Assembly (NCBI GenBank): GCA_963810935.1
Contig: CAWEPK010000017.1
Location: forward strand, 64,001-128,000
Source: an uncultured delta proteobacterium
GTDB lineage: Bacteria > Desulfobacterota > Syntrophorhabdia > Syntrophorhabdales > WCHB1-27
DNA length: 64,000 nt
Reading direction: 5' to 3'
The translations under genes were made by a program, and so were the position numbers. Position 1 is the stretch's first letter. Each line of letters opens with the position of its first letter. The notes beneath the pieces are model-generated. The model saw only the letters and a list, made by a program, of their open reading frames with translations, had not been told where the DNA came from and did not search any database. Shown here piece after piece: positions 32,840 through 42,264 of this stretch.

Positions 32840-34273
32840 GTGGCCCTCAGGATCTATAACTCTCTTACCCGCGAAAAGACTAACTTTGCCCCCGTTGAAG
32901 AGGGAAAAGTCAAGCTTTACGTCTGCGGAGTCACTGTATACAGCGACTCGCATATCGGGCACGCACGCAGCGCCATCGTCTTCGACGTCGTCTCCCGCTA
33001 CCTGCGGGCCGCGGGCAATGAGGTCACTTACGTCAGGAATTTCACCGACATCGATGACAAGATCATCAACAGGGCCAACACCGAGAAGCGCGACTGGAAA
33101 GAAATAGCCGAGACCTACATCGCCTCCTTCCGGGACGATATGGCCGCCCTCGGCGTCGTCCCGTCCACATACGAGCCGAAGGCCACTGAGCACATCGGGG
33201 AGATGATCGCCCTGATCGAGGAGCTTGTCCGCAGGGGCTGCGCCTACCAGGCCGGGGGCAGCGTCTATTTCTCCGTCACGAAGGACAAAGCCTACGGCAC
33301 GCTGTCCGGCCGGACGCCGGACGAGCTGATCGCAGGGGCCCGCGTGGATATCGACGAGCGGAAAAAGGATCCCCTCGATTTCGCCCTCTGGAAAGAGTCG
33401 AAGCCCGGGGAGCCTTTCTGGGAGAGCCCTTGGGGTAAAGGCAGGCCGGGCTGGCACATCGAGTGCTCGACGATGAGCATCAAGTACCTCGGGAACCCCT
33501 TCGACATCCACGGCGGCGGCAAAGACCTCGTCTTCCCCCACCACGAGAACGAGCGCGCCCAGGCCGAGTGCGCCACCGGGCGGAAATTCGTCAATTACTG
33601 GGTCCACAACGGGTTCGTTACGATGGACCGTGAGAAAATGTCGAAATCGCTGGGCAACATTTTGCTTATCAAGGACTTCCTGAAGGTCTATCATGCAGAC
33701 GTCCTGCGCCTCTTCTTCCTTTCGGCCCATTACCGCAACCCGGTCGATTACACGGAGAAGGCGATAGAGAGCGCCGACAGCGCGCTCCAGCGGTTATATG
33801 CGACGCTGGAAAGGAGCACAAGCCTTAAGGCGCCGGACGCGGCCCGGGTCGACGCCCCAGAGATCGACGACCTGCAAAAAAAGTTCTACGAGGCAATGGA
33901 CGACGACTTCAACACGGCCCTTGCCCTTTCTTCCGTCTTCGACATGGCCACCATCCTGAACAAGCTGATGGACGAAGGTACTGAGGCGAACGTGCCGCTC
34001 ATCGCCAAAGGTAGGGACGCCCTGCTCGCCTGCGCGCACGCCCTCGGGCTTCTCACCAAAGAGACGGACGAGTACGCGGCCTGGGAGACGGCCCGCTTCC
34101 TTACTGCGGCCGGCCTCAACGAGGCGCAGATCGATCAGGCCATCGGCGCAAGGGCGGATGCGCGCGGCAGGCGCGATTACAAGGCCGCGGACGAAATAAG
34201 GAACAGCCTGCTCGAAAAAGGCGTCATCCTGCTCGATTCACCGCAAGGCACCAAGTGGCGGATCAAGAAATAA
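32840..34273 (+). CDS. cysS: Cysteine--tRNA ligase
   Basis: [39 protein letters not shown]. Confidence 0.98.
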   Translation: MALRIYNSLTREKTNFAPVEEGKVKLYVCGVTVYSDSHIGHARSAIVFDVVSRYLRAAGNEVTYVRNFTDIDDKIINRANTEKRDWKEIAETYIASFRDDMAALGVVPSTYEPKATEHIGEMIALIEELVRRGCAYQAGGSVYFSVTKDKAYGTLSGRTPDELIAGARVDIDERKKDPLDFALWKESKPGEPFWESPWGKGRPGWHIECSTMSIKYLGNPFDIHGGGKDLVFPHHENERAQAECATGRKFVNYWVHNGFVTMDREKMSKSLGNILLIKDFLKVYHADVLRLFFLSAHYRNPVDYTEKAIESADSALQRLYATLERSTSLKAPDAARVDAPEIDDLQKKFYEAMDDDFNTALALSSVFDMATILNKLMDEGTEANVPLIAKGRDALLACAHALGLLTKETDEYAAWETARFLTAAGLNEAQIDQAIGARADARGRRDYKAADEIRNSLLEKGVILLDSPQGTKWRIKK

Positions 34274-34289
34274 CCGTCCTGCGTCCCGC

Positions 34290-35399
34290 ATGACCCTTTC
34301 TTCTCTCCTTCTGACTATCACCCGTTATATTAAGCCCATGCCGCAAGAGACTGTCCCCCTTATCGACGCCCTGGGGCGCGTGGCGGCCCGGCCTCTTGCG
34401 GCCCGCCGGGACCTGCCTCCCTTCGAAGTCTCGTCCCTCGACGGATACGCAGTCAAAGGGCCCGGCAGGCGGTTCACGCTCAAGGGTAGCCTTGAACCCC
34501 TCGGTCCCATCCATTCACGGCTCAGGCAGGGAGAGGCCCTTTTCGTCCCGACAGGCGGGCGATTCCCTCCGGATACGCGCTTCGTGGCGTGCGAATATGC
34601 CTCGGAAGACGCGCAGGCCGTCACCGTGGAACACGAAAAGGACGACCGTAAGATCGTAAAGAAGGGCGACTGGCTCAGGAAAGGGCGCATGATCGCGCAA
34701 CCGGGCGACGTCATAGGACCGACTGCGATGAGCCTGCTTGCCCAGGGCAGGCACGATATGGTAGGCGTTTACGGAAGGCCGCAGGTCTCCGTCGTCGCGA
34801 CCGGGGACGAGCTGAAAAAAGGCTATATCGCGGACTCCAATAAGTTCCTGCTGGCGGGCCTGGTCCGAAGGGACGGGGGAGAGACGGCCGGCCTTTATAC
34901 AGCAGGCGACGATGAAGAAGAGATAGCCACCGCAGTCGAAGATGCACCGGGCGCCCGCTTAATTATCCTGACAGGCGGGACGGCCTTCGGAAAGAAGGAC
35001 GTCACGATGGAGGCGGTGAGGCGGATCGGCTTCCGCTTCCTGTTGAAGTCCGCACCGATCCTGCCGGGCAAGACGATGGCCTTCGGCAGGAGAGGCAAGA
35101 AATTCTTTTTTATCCTGCCCGGAAGGCCGACGGCAGTCCGGACCCTCTACGATGTTTTCGTGAGACCCGCCCTCTTTGCCCTGGCGGGCCGTACGCAATT
35201 GCAGGCGGAGTGCCTGCTGCCCCTGCTCCGCCGGATCGAGAAACCCGCAGGCGCCGTGCTCGTCATACCCGTCTCCATAACCGGCCGGCCGGAAGGCATG
35301 GTCGAAATGTACGCAGAGGAGCCGGACGGCTACATTATCCTTGATGAAGGCGTAAAAAAGGCAGCCGCCGGGCAGACCGTAAGGGTGCTGCGCGTATAG
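34290..35399 (+). CDS. moeA: Molybdopterin molybdotransferase MoeA-like protein
   Basis: DALGRV, PPFEVSSLDGYA, ATGDEL, DSN, TGGTAFG..D, PGK, LPGRP. Confidence 0.8.
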   Translation: MTLSSLLLTITRYIKPMPQETVPLIDALGRVAARPLAARRDLPPFEVSSLDGYAVKGPGRRFTLKGSLEPLGPIHSRLRQGEALFVPTGGRFPPDTRFVACEYASEDAQAVTVEHEKDDRKIVKKGDWLRKGRMIAQPGDVIGPTAMSLLAQGRHDMVGVYGRPQVSVVATGDELKKGYIADSNKFLLAGLVRRDGGETAGLYTAGDDEEEIATAVEDAPGARLIILTGGTAFGKKDVTMEAVRRIGFRFLLKSAPILPGKTMAFGRRGKKFFFILPGRPTAVRTLYDVFVRPALFALAGRTQLQAECLLPLLRRIEKPAGAVLVIPVSITGRPEGMVEMYAEEPDGYIILDEGVKKAAAGQTVRVLRV

Positions 35400-35466
35400 A
35401 GACCCTGCCCAAAGCTTGAAAAAACCACCCCCCGGCACTAGCTTCTAAAACATAACGACTATCAAT

Positions 35467-36333
35467 ATGGACACGACAGCGCACAAAAAAGGCGGAGTTG
35501 TCCCTAGAGTTGCGATAAACGGCATGGGCAGGATAGGCAGGGCCGTTTTCAGGATCCTCTCTGCAGGGGCGGGCCTGGAGCTTGTCGGCGTAAACGACCT
35601 CATCCCGCCGCAGCAACTTGTCAGGCGGCTCGAGGCGGACCCCGTCCGCGGCGAATACGAGGCTGAGGTGGTCAGCGACGGGAACGATATCGTTACCGGC
35701 AGCTCGAGGATAAGGCTCTTATGCGAGCCGGACCCCTCCCGGCTCCCTTGGAAAGACCTCCGGGTAGACCTTGTCTTCGAATGCACGGGCCGCTTCACGG
35801 ACACGGAAGGCCTGTCGAAGCACATTCGCGCAGGCGCGGGCAGGGTAATCCTTTCTGCGCAGGCGGACGACGATGGAATACAAACCGTGATCTACGGCGT
35901 AAACAGCGCCTGGACGGGCGCCCTTCTCGTCTCGTGCGCGAGCGCAGCCGCAAACTGCGTCGCCCCCGTCATGGAAGTGATGGAACGAAGAATAGGGGTG
36001 AAGCAGATGGCCCTGACGAGCCAGGGGTCCGTGGCCGGGGCGTGTCTTTCCTCGACGAAGGGCATGATATTTTTGACGGAGAGGGAGACGAGCACTGACG
36101 AGATCAACGCTATCTTCAGGGAGGAGTCCGCAACCGACAGGTATAAAGGTATCCTGGGGACGGCCGAAGCAGGGGCGACGGGGACAGGCGTAGAAAGGGA
36201 CGCCAGGGCCTCCGTAGTCGATCTGGCGATGACGCGCGTCATCGACGGGGACCTGGCGAAGATATTAAGCCGGCACGACAACGAATGGGGCTATTCAAGC
36301 CAGCTCGTAAGGTTGGCCGCCTGTATAGCGTGA
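35467..36333 (+). CDS. Degenerate glyceraldehyde-3-phosphate dehydrogenase homologue
   Basis: RVAINGMGRIGR, LPWKDLRVDLVFECTG, HDNEWGYS. The active-site motif reads SCASAAANCVAP and the catalytic domain is shortened. Confidence 0.8.
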   Translation: MDTTAHKKGGVVPRVAINGMGRIGRAVFRILSAGAGLELVGVNDLIPPQQLVRRLEADPVRGEYEAEVVSDGNDIVTGSSRIRLLCEPDPSRLPWKDLRVDLVFECTGRFTDTEGLSKHIRAGAGRVILSAQADDDGIQTVIYGVNSAWTGALLVSCASAAANCVAPVMEVMERRIGVKQMALTSQGSVAGACLSSTKGMIFLTERETSTDEINAIFREESATDRYKGILGTAEAGATGTGVERDARASVVDLAMTRVIDGDLAKILSRHDNEWGYSSQLVRLAACIA

Positions 36334-36380
36334 TGATAGGAATGGAAGGCTCGGAAAGGCATACAGCAAGGAGGGTTAAC

Positions 36381-36806
36381 ATGGCAAATACAAAGGGTCT
36401 GAGCGCGTTCGACACTACCGTCCAGGAGTCGAACATCTGGATCAAGGACATCATGGAGGAGGAGGAGTGGAAAGACAGGCACAAGGCGTATACGGCGCTG
36501 CGCACGGTCCTGCACCTGCTCCGCGACCGGCTGACCGTTGACGAGGCGGCCCACCTGGGCGCCGAGCTGCCGATGCTCATTCGGGGCATCTATTACGAGG
36601 GCTGGAGCCCGAGCAAGGTCCCCCACAAACGGACCAGGGAGGCTTTTCTCTCGGCCGTTGCCGACAACCTCATAAACGACCCGGACGTCAACCCCGAGGA
36701 AGTCATCCGTTCGGTCTTCTCGGTGATAGAACGCCACGTCGCGCCCGGACAGGTCAAGAACATCAAGGCGTCCCTGCCTAAAGAGCTTGCTTCCCTCTGG
36801 CCTTAG
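36381..36806 (+). CDS. DUF2267 family protein
   Basis: FDTTVQESNIW, AYTALRTVLHLLRDRL, LGAELPMLIRGIYYEGW, LPKELASLWP. Confidence 0.85.
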   Translation: MANTKGLSAFDTTVQESNIWIKDIMEEEEWKDRHKAYTALRTVLHLLRDRLTVDEAAHLGAELPMLIRGIYYEGWSPSKVPHKRTREAFLSAVADNLINDPDVNPEEVIRSVFSVIERHVAPGQVKNIKASLPKELASLWP

Positions 36807-36924
36807 AAAAACGCCGCCGGCCGGCATGCCTGCGTGAGGGTGAGGAAGGCAGCACGCCCGCGCAAAACGCGCGGCCCGAAAGAAACGGTATTCACTTTGC
36901 CCGTGTCTTATCTTATAAGCAGAA

Positions 36925-37176
36925 ATGCCCGAGGAGGCCTATGTGAATGAGCCGGAGAAACTTTCAGACACAGAGCTTCTCTACATGCTGCGCATGGACT
37001 ACTTCGAAGCGATCCGGTCAGAGGATTACTATCGCATCCAGGCCACGATAGTTCCGACGTTCCGGAAGCGTTTCGCCAAATATTACAATGAGTACGAAAA
37101 AGAGCTGGAAGAACACCTCCGTACCCCGCCTGCCCGTCCGCGTTGCGCTGAACCCGACGGAGCGGCAGAGGGCTGA
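36925..37176 (+). CDS. Small hypothetical protein
   Basis: Protein-like composition; GAGGAGG precedes an alternative GTG near 36943. Confidence 0.45.
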   Translation: MPEEAYVNEPEKLSDTELLYMLRMDYFEAIRSEDYYRIQATIVPTFRKRFAKYYNEYEKELEEHLRTPPARPRCAEPDGAAEG

Positions 37177-37253
37177 GATCGGATGGATAGAGCGCGTGCT
37201 GAAGGGCCAGATCGACCTTGAGCCCGGATAAGCCCTTATCTTCCGGCTGTGCG

Positions 37254-38003
37254 CTATTGTCTTTTGATTATCTTCACGAGCCTTCCCGCAAGCAGGACGA
37301 AGGCCTGTATCAGATACGTCCGAAACACGTAGAGCCCCACCGTCGCTGCGACGCTTGCGGCGAGGATCCAGAAGAACGCCTTGTACTTGCCCGTTCTGAC
37401 CGCATCGCCCTCCAACGCCAGGACAAGCGTGCCCGGCAGCCTGCCCAGGATGTTCATCAGAATAAAGTCTATCCTTCGCAGGTGCGTGAGGCCGAGCAGG
37501 TAGCACAGCGTATCCTTCGGGAAGCCCGGCACGATGAACAGCACGAACGCGATCCGTACGCCCCGGTGCGTCACGAAATTATCGAACCGCTCCATCGCCT
37601 TCCGCTTGACCACCTTTCGCACGAGGCGCGTCCCGAAGAGCCTCGTGATCTCGAAAGCGCCCACAGAACCCAGCGTAAGGCCGACGGTTGAAAGGAGCGT
37701 GCCGATGAACGACCCGTAGAGGTACCCGCCGATGAACCCGGTTATCTCGCCCGGAATGGGCGCGAACAAGACCTGAAAGGCCTGGACGAGAACGAAGACG
37801 ATTGCCGAGTAGGCCCCGAAAGAGAGTATGAAATCCCTGAGGTTCTTAAAGCTGAAGAAATACTTGAACCGGAAGAACAGGTCCCGCCACGCGCCCTCAT
37901 AATAGAAATAGAGGATGAGCGCGAGGGCGGCCACGGCCAAAAGACCGCAGGCGGCCTTTAGCACCGGCATCGCGTAAGAAGATACGGGCCTGCGCAAAGC
38001 CAT
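37254..38003 (-). CDS. TVP38/TMEM64 (DedA/VTT) family membrane protein
   Basis: FAPIPGEI..GGYLYG...GT..GS..AF; PGFPKDTLCYLLGLT; GRLPG. Confidence 0.88.
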   Translation of the reverse strand: MALRRPVSSYAMPVLKAACGLLAVAALALILYFYYEGAWRDLFFRFKYFFSFKNLRDFILSFGAYSAIVFVLVQAFQVLFAPIPGEITGFIGGYLYGSFIGTLLSTVGLTLGSVGAFEITRLFGTRLVRKVVKRKAMERFDNFVTHRGVRIAFVLFIVPGFPKDTLCYLLGLTHLRRIDFILMNILGRLPGTLVLALEGDAVRTGKYKAFFWILAASVAATVGLYVFRTYLIQAFVLLAGRLVKIIKRQ

Positions 38004-38027
38004 CTATAAACAATATAGTTTCAGTGA

Positions 38028-38711
38028 CTACCGGCGGTCGTCTTTTCTTTTCCTGGCCTTGAGGATGACAACGCTCGATGCGTAAAGAAGGGCCGAGAGG
38101 ATAAGGAGGGCAAGCACGTCGGGACGCAGCAGGAAGGAGAGGCCTGCGGCGCCGTGCGGCCATTTGTGGATTACTACGATGAGTGGGGCCATAGCGTAGA
38201 ACCTCATGATCCTCGCCACTTCCTTGCCGCTTATGCGCCGCCACGAAAAACCGGCGAAGAGGTGCGCGCCGCGGACGGAATGGCGGTCCGGGAAGACGGG
38301 AGGGGTACCGAGCATATAGGCGACGGACCCCTCGCTGTGCATCTCGGTGAGGGTGCCCTCTTCCTTCCTGAAGGTCGGGCCGTAGCTCCAGAAGAAAAGA
38401 AAAGGATAAAGGAGCAGCAGGTAGCGGTTGCCGCTGAGCACGCAAAAACTCGAATCGATAAGGTAGTTGGCCAGGTAGTACGGGTGCCGTACTATCCCGT
38501 AAACACCCTCCCTGCAAAGGACCCGGTTCCTTATCAGCACGCCTTTGGTAATGAAGTGCATGGAGCTGCCCAGCACGAGAAGCAACAGGGCGACGCCTGT
38601 CTCGACCACCGTCAGCGGATAGAAAAACGCAGAAGCGGCGCAGAGCAGCAAGACCGCGTCCCGCAGCCCGCTCCTTGTCAGAAAACCCTCGTCTTTTTTC
38701 TTAATCGCCAT
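38028..38711 (-). CDS. Isoprenylcysteine carboxyl methyltransferase/PEMT-family membrane protein
   Basis: GVYGIVRHPYY motif followed by KEE and hydrophobic segments. Confidence 0.7.
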   Translation of the reverse strand: MAIKKKDEGFLTRSGLRDAVLLLCAASAFFYPLTVVETGVALLLLVLGSSMHFITKGVLIRNRVLCREGVYGIVRHPYYLANYLIDSSFCVLSGNRYLLLLYPFLFFWSYGPTFRKEEGTLTEMHSEGSVAYMLGTPPVFPDRHSVRGAHLFAGFSWRRISGKEVARIMRFYAMAPLIVVIHKWPHGAAGLSFLLRPDVLALLILSALLYASSVVILKARKRKDDRR

Positions 38712-38841
38712 CCTCTCCACAGCCTTTTGCACTTTTTGTAGTCAGCAGACCCATAACAATATCGGCTTGGCCCGGAGGAATCAAGTAAAAAGCACCGACG
38801 CACAATCCCCAATCACCCCCAGTTGCCGCTTGCTCCTTTCT

Positions 38842-38870
38842 CCGTCACCCTGGCGGAGGCCAGGGTCCCA
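38842..38870 (+). repeat. REP-like palindrome family C, left arm interrupted by IS element 1
   Basis: CCGTCACCCTGGCGGAGGCCAGGGTCCCA; same CCGTCA-stem-loop architecture as 28981. Confidence 0.7.
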
Positions 38871-40379
38871 TATAGCTGACAGTTGTCAAGCAGATTGTGC
38901 CTGCCCCTTTTTCTTTTTGTCTTTACATCCTATCAATCATCAATGTTATAAGAGGGCTCCGGGGGACGGGACTCATCTTGCGACGTTTGATCATTCTCAT
39001 ATTCGCGGATTTAACCGCATGACTTGGCTTCGTCACGGGAGCTGCCCTCGGTCTAGGTTCTTGAGTTCGGCTTTCGCCTTATCTATATGGACTCTCCGTG
39101 GGTTCTCCCAACGCGGTCGCGTCCCTCCGTATGCCCTGGATTCGCCTCCTTAAAGTAATGTCATTGTTCCGCCGCCACTTCCCTCGCTATGGCCCATATG
39201 AACCCCGTAAGCTCCCGTGCTATGGCTACGGTGATCTTCGTCTTCAGCTTTCCTCTCGCCATGAGCCTGCGGAACCTGCCGCAGAGCCTTACTTGAGCCT
39301 TCCAGGCAATATCGAGGACAGACTTTGGCAGGCCTTCATGACGCTTAAGCAGATGTCTGCTCACACGGGCAGGGAAGCCATAGGCATGGGAAGCTTCAAT
39401 GAGCACCCGGCGAACATGGCCGTTGCCCGTTTTGGTGATGCTTCCCCGGTGGACGCTCTCCCCCGTGGAGTGCTCCGAGGGGACGAGCCCAAGATAGCCC
39501 ATCAGTTGCCGGGGGTTCTCGAAACGGCTCATGTCGCCGATCTCTGCGATGGTAGTTGCCGCAACGATCGGGGCCACGCCTCTTAAGGCTTGCAGGGCCT
39601 TGACGACGGGGTTCAGGCGCCAGTCGGGAAGGAGCTTTATTATCTGGTCGGTCAAACGAGCCACTCGCTCCGCACATGCAGTGACAGTATTGATATACTC
39701 CTGCAATACAATCTGCTGGGACGGATGAGGAAGGGCTATATCAGAGAGCCATCGTATATGCATAGGCGTCCATGACGCCTTGCCGGGATACCGTTTCCCA
39801 TAACGGAGGAGAAAGGCGTTCAACTGATATCGCGCGGTCTTCGACGCCTTGGAGGCATCTTCTCTCGCCCTGGTCAGATCGCTCATGGCCTCGTCCTCCT
39901 CACGGGGGACATAGACGGCCGTGAGTTCACCCGCGCGCTCCAGGCGCGCAAGGGTCTCTGCATCCCTTCGGTCGTTCTTGATCCTGTCTCCGCTCTTATG
40001 TGGAGTTTTGGAAGGAGCGACGACCTTGCAGGAAAACCCCTTCCTGGTCAGGTGGCGGTATATCTCATACCCGCAGGGTCCGGCCTCATAGACAAAGCGC
40101 AAGGTTATCCCCCCACTGATGAGCTTCCTTACCGCCCTGTCCAGGGCGTCCATCGTACCGCCTATCTTGCCGTAGTGCCTGACTTCCATCGCTCCATCCA
40201 CATCTGCCGTTGCAATCTGAATGGAGTTCTTGTGCACATCGAGTCCTACAATTGTGATAGAATCTTTCACGGCCTGCCTCCTTATTAGTGGCTCTGTACT
40301 TGGTTTAGCTGCCAGAGTATAACCCACGGTCATAAGGGGCAGGTCCTTTCGTTCCTTCAACTGTCAGCTATTATGTCTA
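38870..40379 (-). mobile_element. IS110-family (IS1111-like) insertion sequence, element 1
   Basis: 14-bp perfect sub-terminal inverted repeats ATAGCTGACAGTTG (38872-38885 and 40358-40371); no target duplication; ~275-bp non-coding region downstream of the transposase. Confidence 0.9.
39161..40270 (-). CDS. IS110 family transposase/recombinase
   Basis: DEDD domain VGLDVHK..YEAGP..KNDRRDA; RFENPRQLMGYLGLVPSEHSTG..ITKTGN; GTG start after AGGAGG. Confidence 0.97.
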   Translation of the reverse strand: MKDSITIVGLDVHKNSIQIATADVDGAMEVRHYGKIGGTMDALDRAVRKLISGGITLRFVYEAGPCGYEIYRHLTRKGFSCKVVAPSKTPHKSGDRIKNDRRDAETLARLERAGELTAVYVPREEDEAMSDLTRAREDASKASKTARYQLNAFLLRYGKRYPGKASWTPMHIRWLSDIALPHPSQQIVLQEYINTVTACAERVARLTDQIIKLLPDWRLNPVVKALQALRGVAPIVAATTIAEIGDMSRFENPRQLMGYLGLVPSEHSTGESVHRGSITKTGNGHVRRVLIEASHAYGFPARVSRHLLKRHEGLPKSVLDIAWKAQVRLCGRFRRLMARGKLKTKITVAIARELTGFIWAIAREVAAEQ

Positions 40380-40403
40380 GGTCGCTCCAAGCCGAGGAAA
40401 TAC

Positions 40404-40432
40404 CTGGATACCGGCTTTCGCCGGTATGACGG
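40404..40432 (-). repeat. REP-like palindrome family C, right arm
   Basis: CTGGATACCGGCTTTCGCCGGTATGACGG, inverted relative to 38842-38870. Confidence 0.85.
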
Positions 40433-40467
40433 AGGCAAGGCGAATCGCCGACTACCGAATACCCGCA

Positions 40468-40566
40468 GTTGCAGCAATTGGCCCCCGGCCCAATTGCTGC
40501 CGTGGTCGGAGGAGCGCCTCAAGGAATTGCGATAGGCGGATGAAATGGGTGCCTTGCCGCCCGGAG
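40468..40566 (+). repeat. Repeat family B, left part of the copy interrupted by IS element 2
   Basis: Aligns with 26417-26515 up to CCGGAG. Confidence 0.85.
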
Positions 40567-40671
40567 TCTCTATGCTATAAAAGCCCTCTTCCACAGGGGC
40601 GGATAAAAAGGCTACCCTCTTTCTCTTAAGCGATGGATGCACATCGCAAACCAAGGAAAGGGAGGTAGCCA

Positions 40672-41748
40672 ATGGAGATTCATAGGGTACAGGATTTTGT
40701 GGTTGAAGGTAAAGAGGTTTTTATCGGTTTGGAAGACTCAAAGAAGACCTGGAAGATAGCAGTTCGGTGTGACAGGATGGTGATCCACCAGGTATCCATG
40801 GAGGCAAAGTATGTCTTGCTGAAGCAATACCTGAGAAACAGGTTCCCCGGTTGCACGGTCCATTTGATGTACGAAGCAGGCTTCAAGGGGTTCAACCTTC
40901 ACGATCTTCTTGCCGAAGACGGCATCGACTGCGTGGTGATCCCTCCCCATATGGTGACGGAGCCGAAGGCAAACAAGGTTAAGACCGATAAAAGGGATGC
41001 AAACCGTCTCGCCCGCATCCTGGAGAGCCACGATTACAGGGACCCCTGCTGTGTACCCGACAAAGAGAGGAGGGAGGACCGGCAGGTAAGCCGTACCATA
41101 ATCGCCATACAGAAGGATATCATCGGTAACCGCAACCGCATCCGCAAGCTCCTCGACTTTCACGGGATCGAGGTCCCCTTTGCCGGTAAGAGCGAATGGG
41201 GGCGAAAGGAGTTCGAGGGTCTTCGGACATTACCCCTGAGCGATCCCTTAAGGGCAGCTCTGGGCTCGCTTTTGACCATACTGGAGGAACTGTGGGGCCA
41301 GCGTGCGGTCTTGAGGGACTATCTCCGGGGTCTGTGCAAGAAGGAGCGTTATAGAAAGCCCTACGAGGTCGCAAAGAGCATCCCCGGCATAGGGTGGTTC
41401 ACAGCCATCCGCCTGATATTAGAGCTGGGGGAGGATCTCTCCCGTTTCGGAAGCGGGAAGAAGATCGCAGGCTTCGTGGGGTTGGGCTGCAGCGAGCATT
41501 CGACGGGCCAGACCGAACGGAAAGGTCGTATCACGGGCATGGGGTCGGGGTTCATACGGCATATCCTGGTCGAGAATGCCTGGATAGCGATCAGAAAGGA
41601 CCCGGCCCTGCTGTCCAAGTTCTCACGGGTATGGCGGTCGAGCGGCAGCAAGAAGAAAGCCATAGTGGCAGTTGCCCGTACTCTTATTGTGCGCCTTCGG
41701 GCCTGCATGCTTTCGGGCAGGCCTTATACGGTCGGAGTTATTAGATAG
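40672..41748 (+). CDS. IS110 family transposase/recombinase
   Basis: FIGLEDSKK..MYEAG..KTDKRDA; SIPGIG..ELGEDLSRF..GFVGL..EHSTG..GRIT; KKKAIVAVAR. Confidence 0.95.
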   Translation: MEIHRVQDFVVEGKEVFIGLEDSKKTWKIAVRCDRMVIHQVSMEAKYVLLKQYLRNRFPGCTVHLMYEAGFKGFNLHDLLAEDGIDCVVIPPHMVTEPKANKVKTDKRDANRLARILESHDYRDPCCVPDKERREDRQVSRTIIAIQKDIIGNRNRIRKLLDFHGIEVPFAGKSEWGRKEFEGLRTLPLSDPLRAALGSLLTILEELWGQRAVLRDYLRGLCKKERYRKPYEVAKSIPGIGWFTAIRLILELGEDLSRFGSGKKIAGFVGLGCSEHSTGQTERKGRITGMGSGFIRHILVENAWIAIRKDPALLSKFSRVWRSSGSKKKAIVAVARTLIVRLRACMLSGRPYTVGVIR

Positions 41749-41749
41749 G

Positions 41750-42060
41750 ATGAGCCTGACGGAAGAGGACCTTAACAGAACAAGGGCGTACAACGCCACG
41801 TACGCTGTATTAAAGAACGGCCCGGAGTATGTTGACGCCCGTTCCTCTTTTTTCGAAAAGCAGACACATGTGGGTTGGACCACGAATAGCAGCTTGCAAA
41901 GAACCTCCTCTTCAAGAAAGGCTCGCGCTTCGGCCGCGGACCTGTGTAAGGTCGTCGGCCTCGCGCTCGCTATCGGATATGTACTCACTAATAACAGAGG
42001 GAAAGTCATGGACTGACCCATAAAGAAAAGGGGGTAGCAAAAGCCCGCTGGAAGAATCCG
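41750..42060 (+). ncRNA. Putative bridge/seek RNA of IS110 element 2
   Basis: Stem GGGCGT-A-CAAC/GTTG-ACGCCC encloses ACGTACGCT (41798-41806) and GCCCGGAG (41820-41827), which match the two target flanks. A second loop carries ATAGCAGC (41886-41893), matching the right end. RNA boundaries approximate. Confidence 0.75.
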
Positions 42061-42077
42061 TTGACTTTTATCATAGC

Positions 42078-42261
42078 AGCGTACGTCGGTACGTCGGAGG
42101 GCGCAAGGCGAGCAGGGCGCCGCATCCGTCATATCAGTTGAAAGTAGGTTTGCCGGGTGCCCGCACGGTAAAAAGCGTGTTGAAAAGGCGCCACCTTGCA
42201 TGCGGGTGGTCCGCAGCAGGCACGAGTCCAAACCTTGCCACAACATCCGCCTTTGCCTCTA
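42078..42261 (+). repeat. Repeat family B, right part of the interrupted copy
   Basis: GCGTACG..GTACGTCGGAGGGC..CAGGGCGCCGCAT..GAGTCCAAACCTTGCCACAACATCCGCCTTTG aligns with 26516-26620, with a longer internal segment. Confidence 0.85.
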
Positions 42262-42264
42262 TCG

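Larger units (their letters stand above)
40565..42079 (+). mobile_element. IS110-family insertion sequence, element 2
   Basis: Boundaries defined by comparison with the empty repeat at 26417-26620; AG dinucleotide at both junctions; imperfect sub-terminal IRs (CTATGCTATAAAAG / CTTTTATCATAG). Confidence 0.9.
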
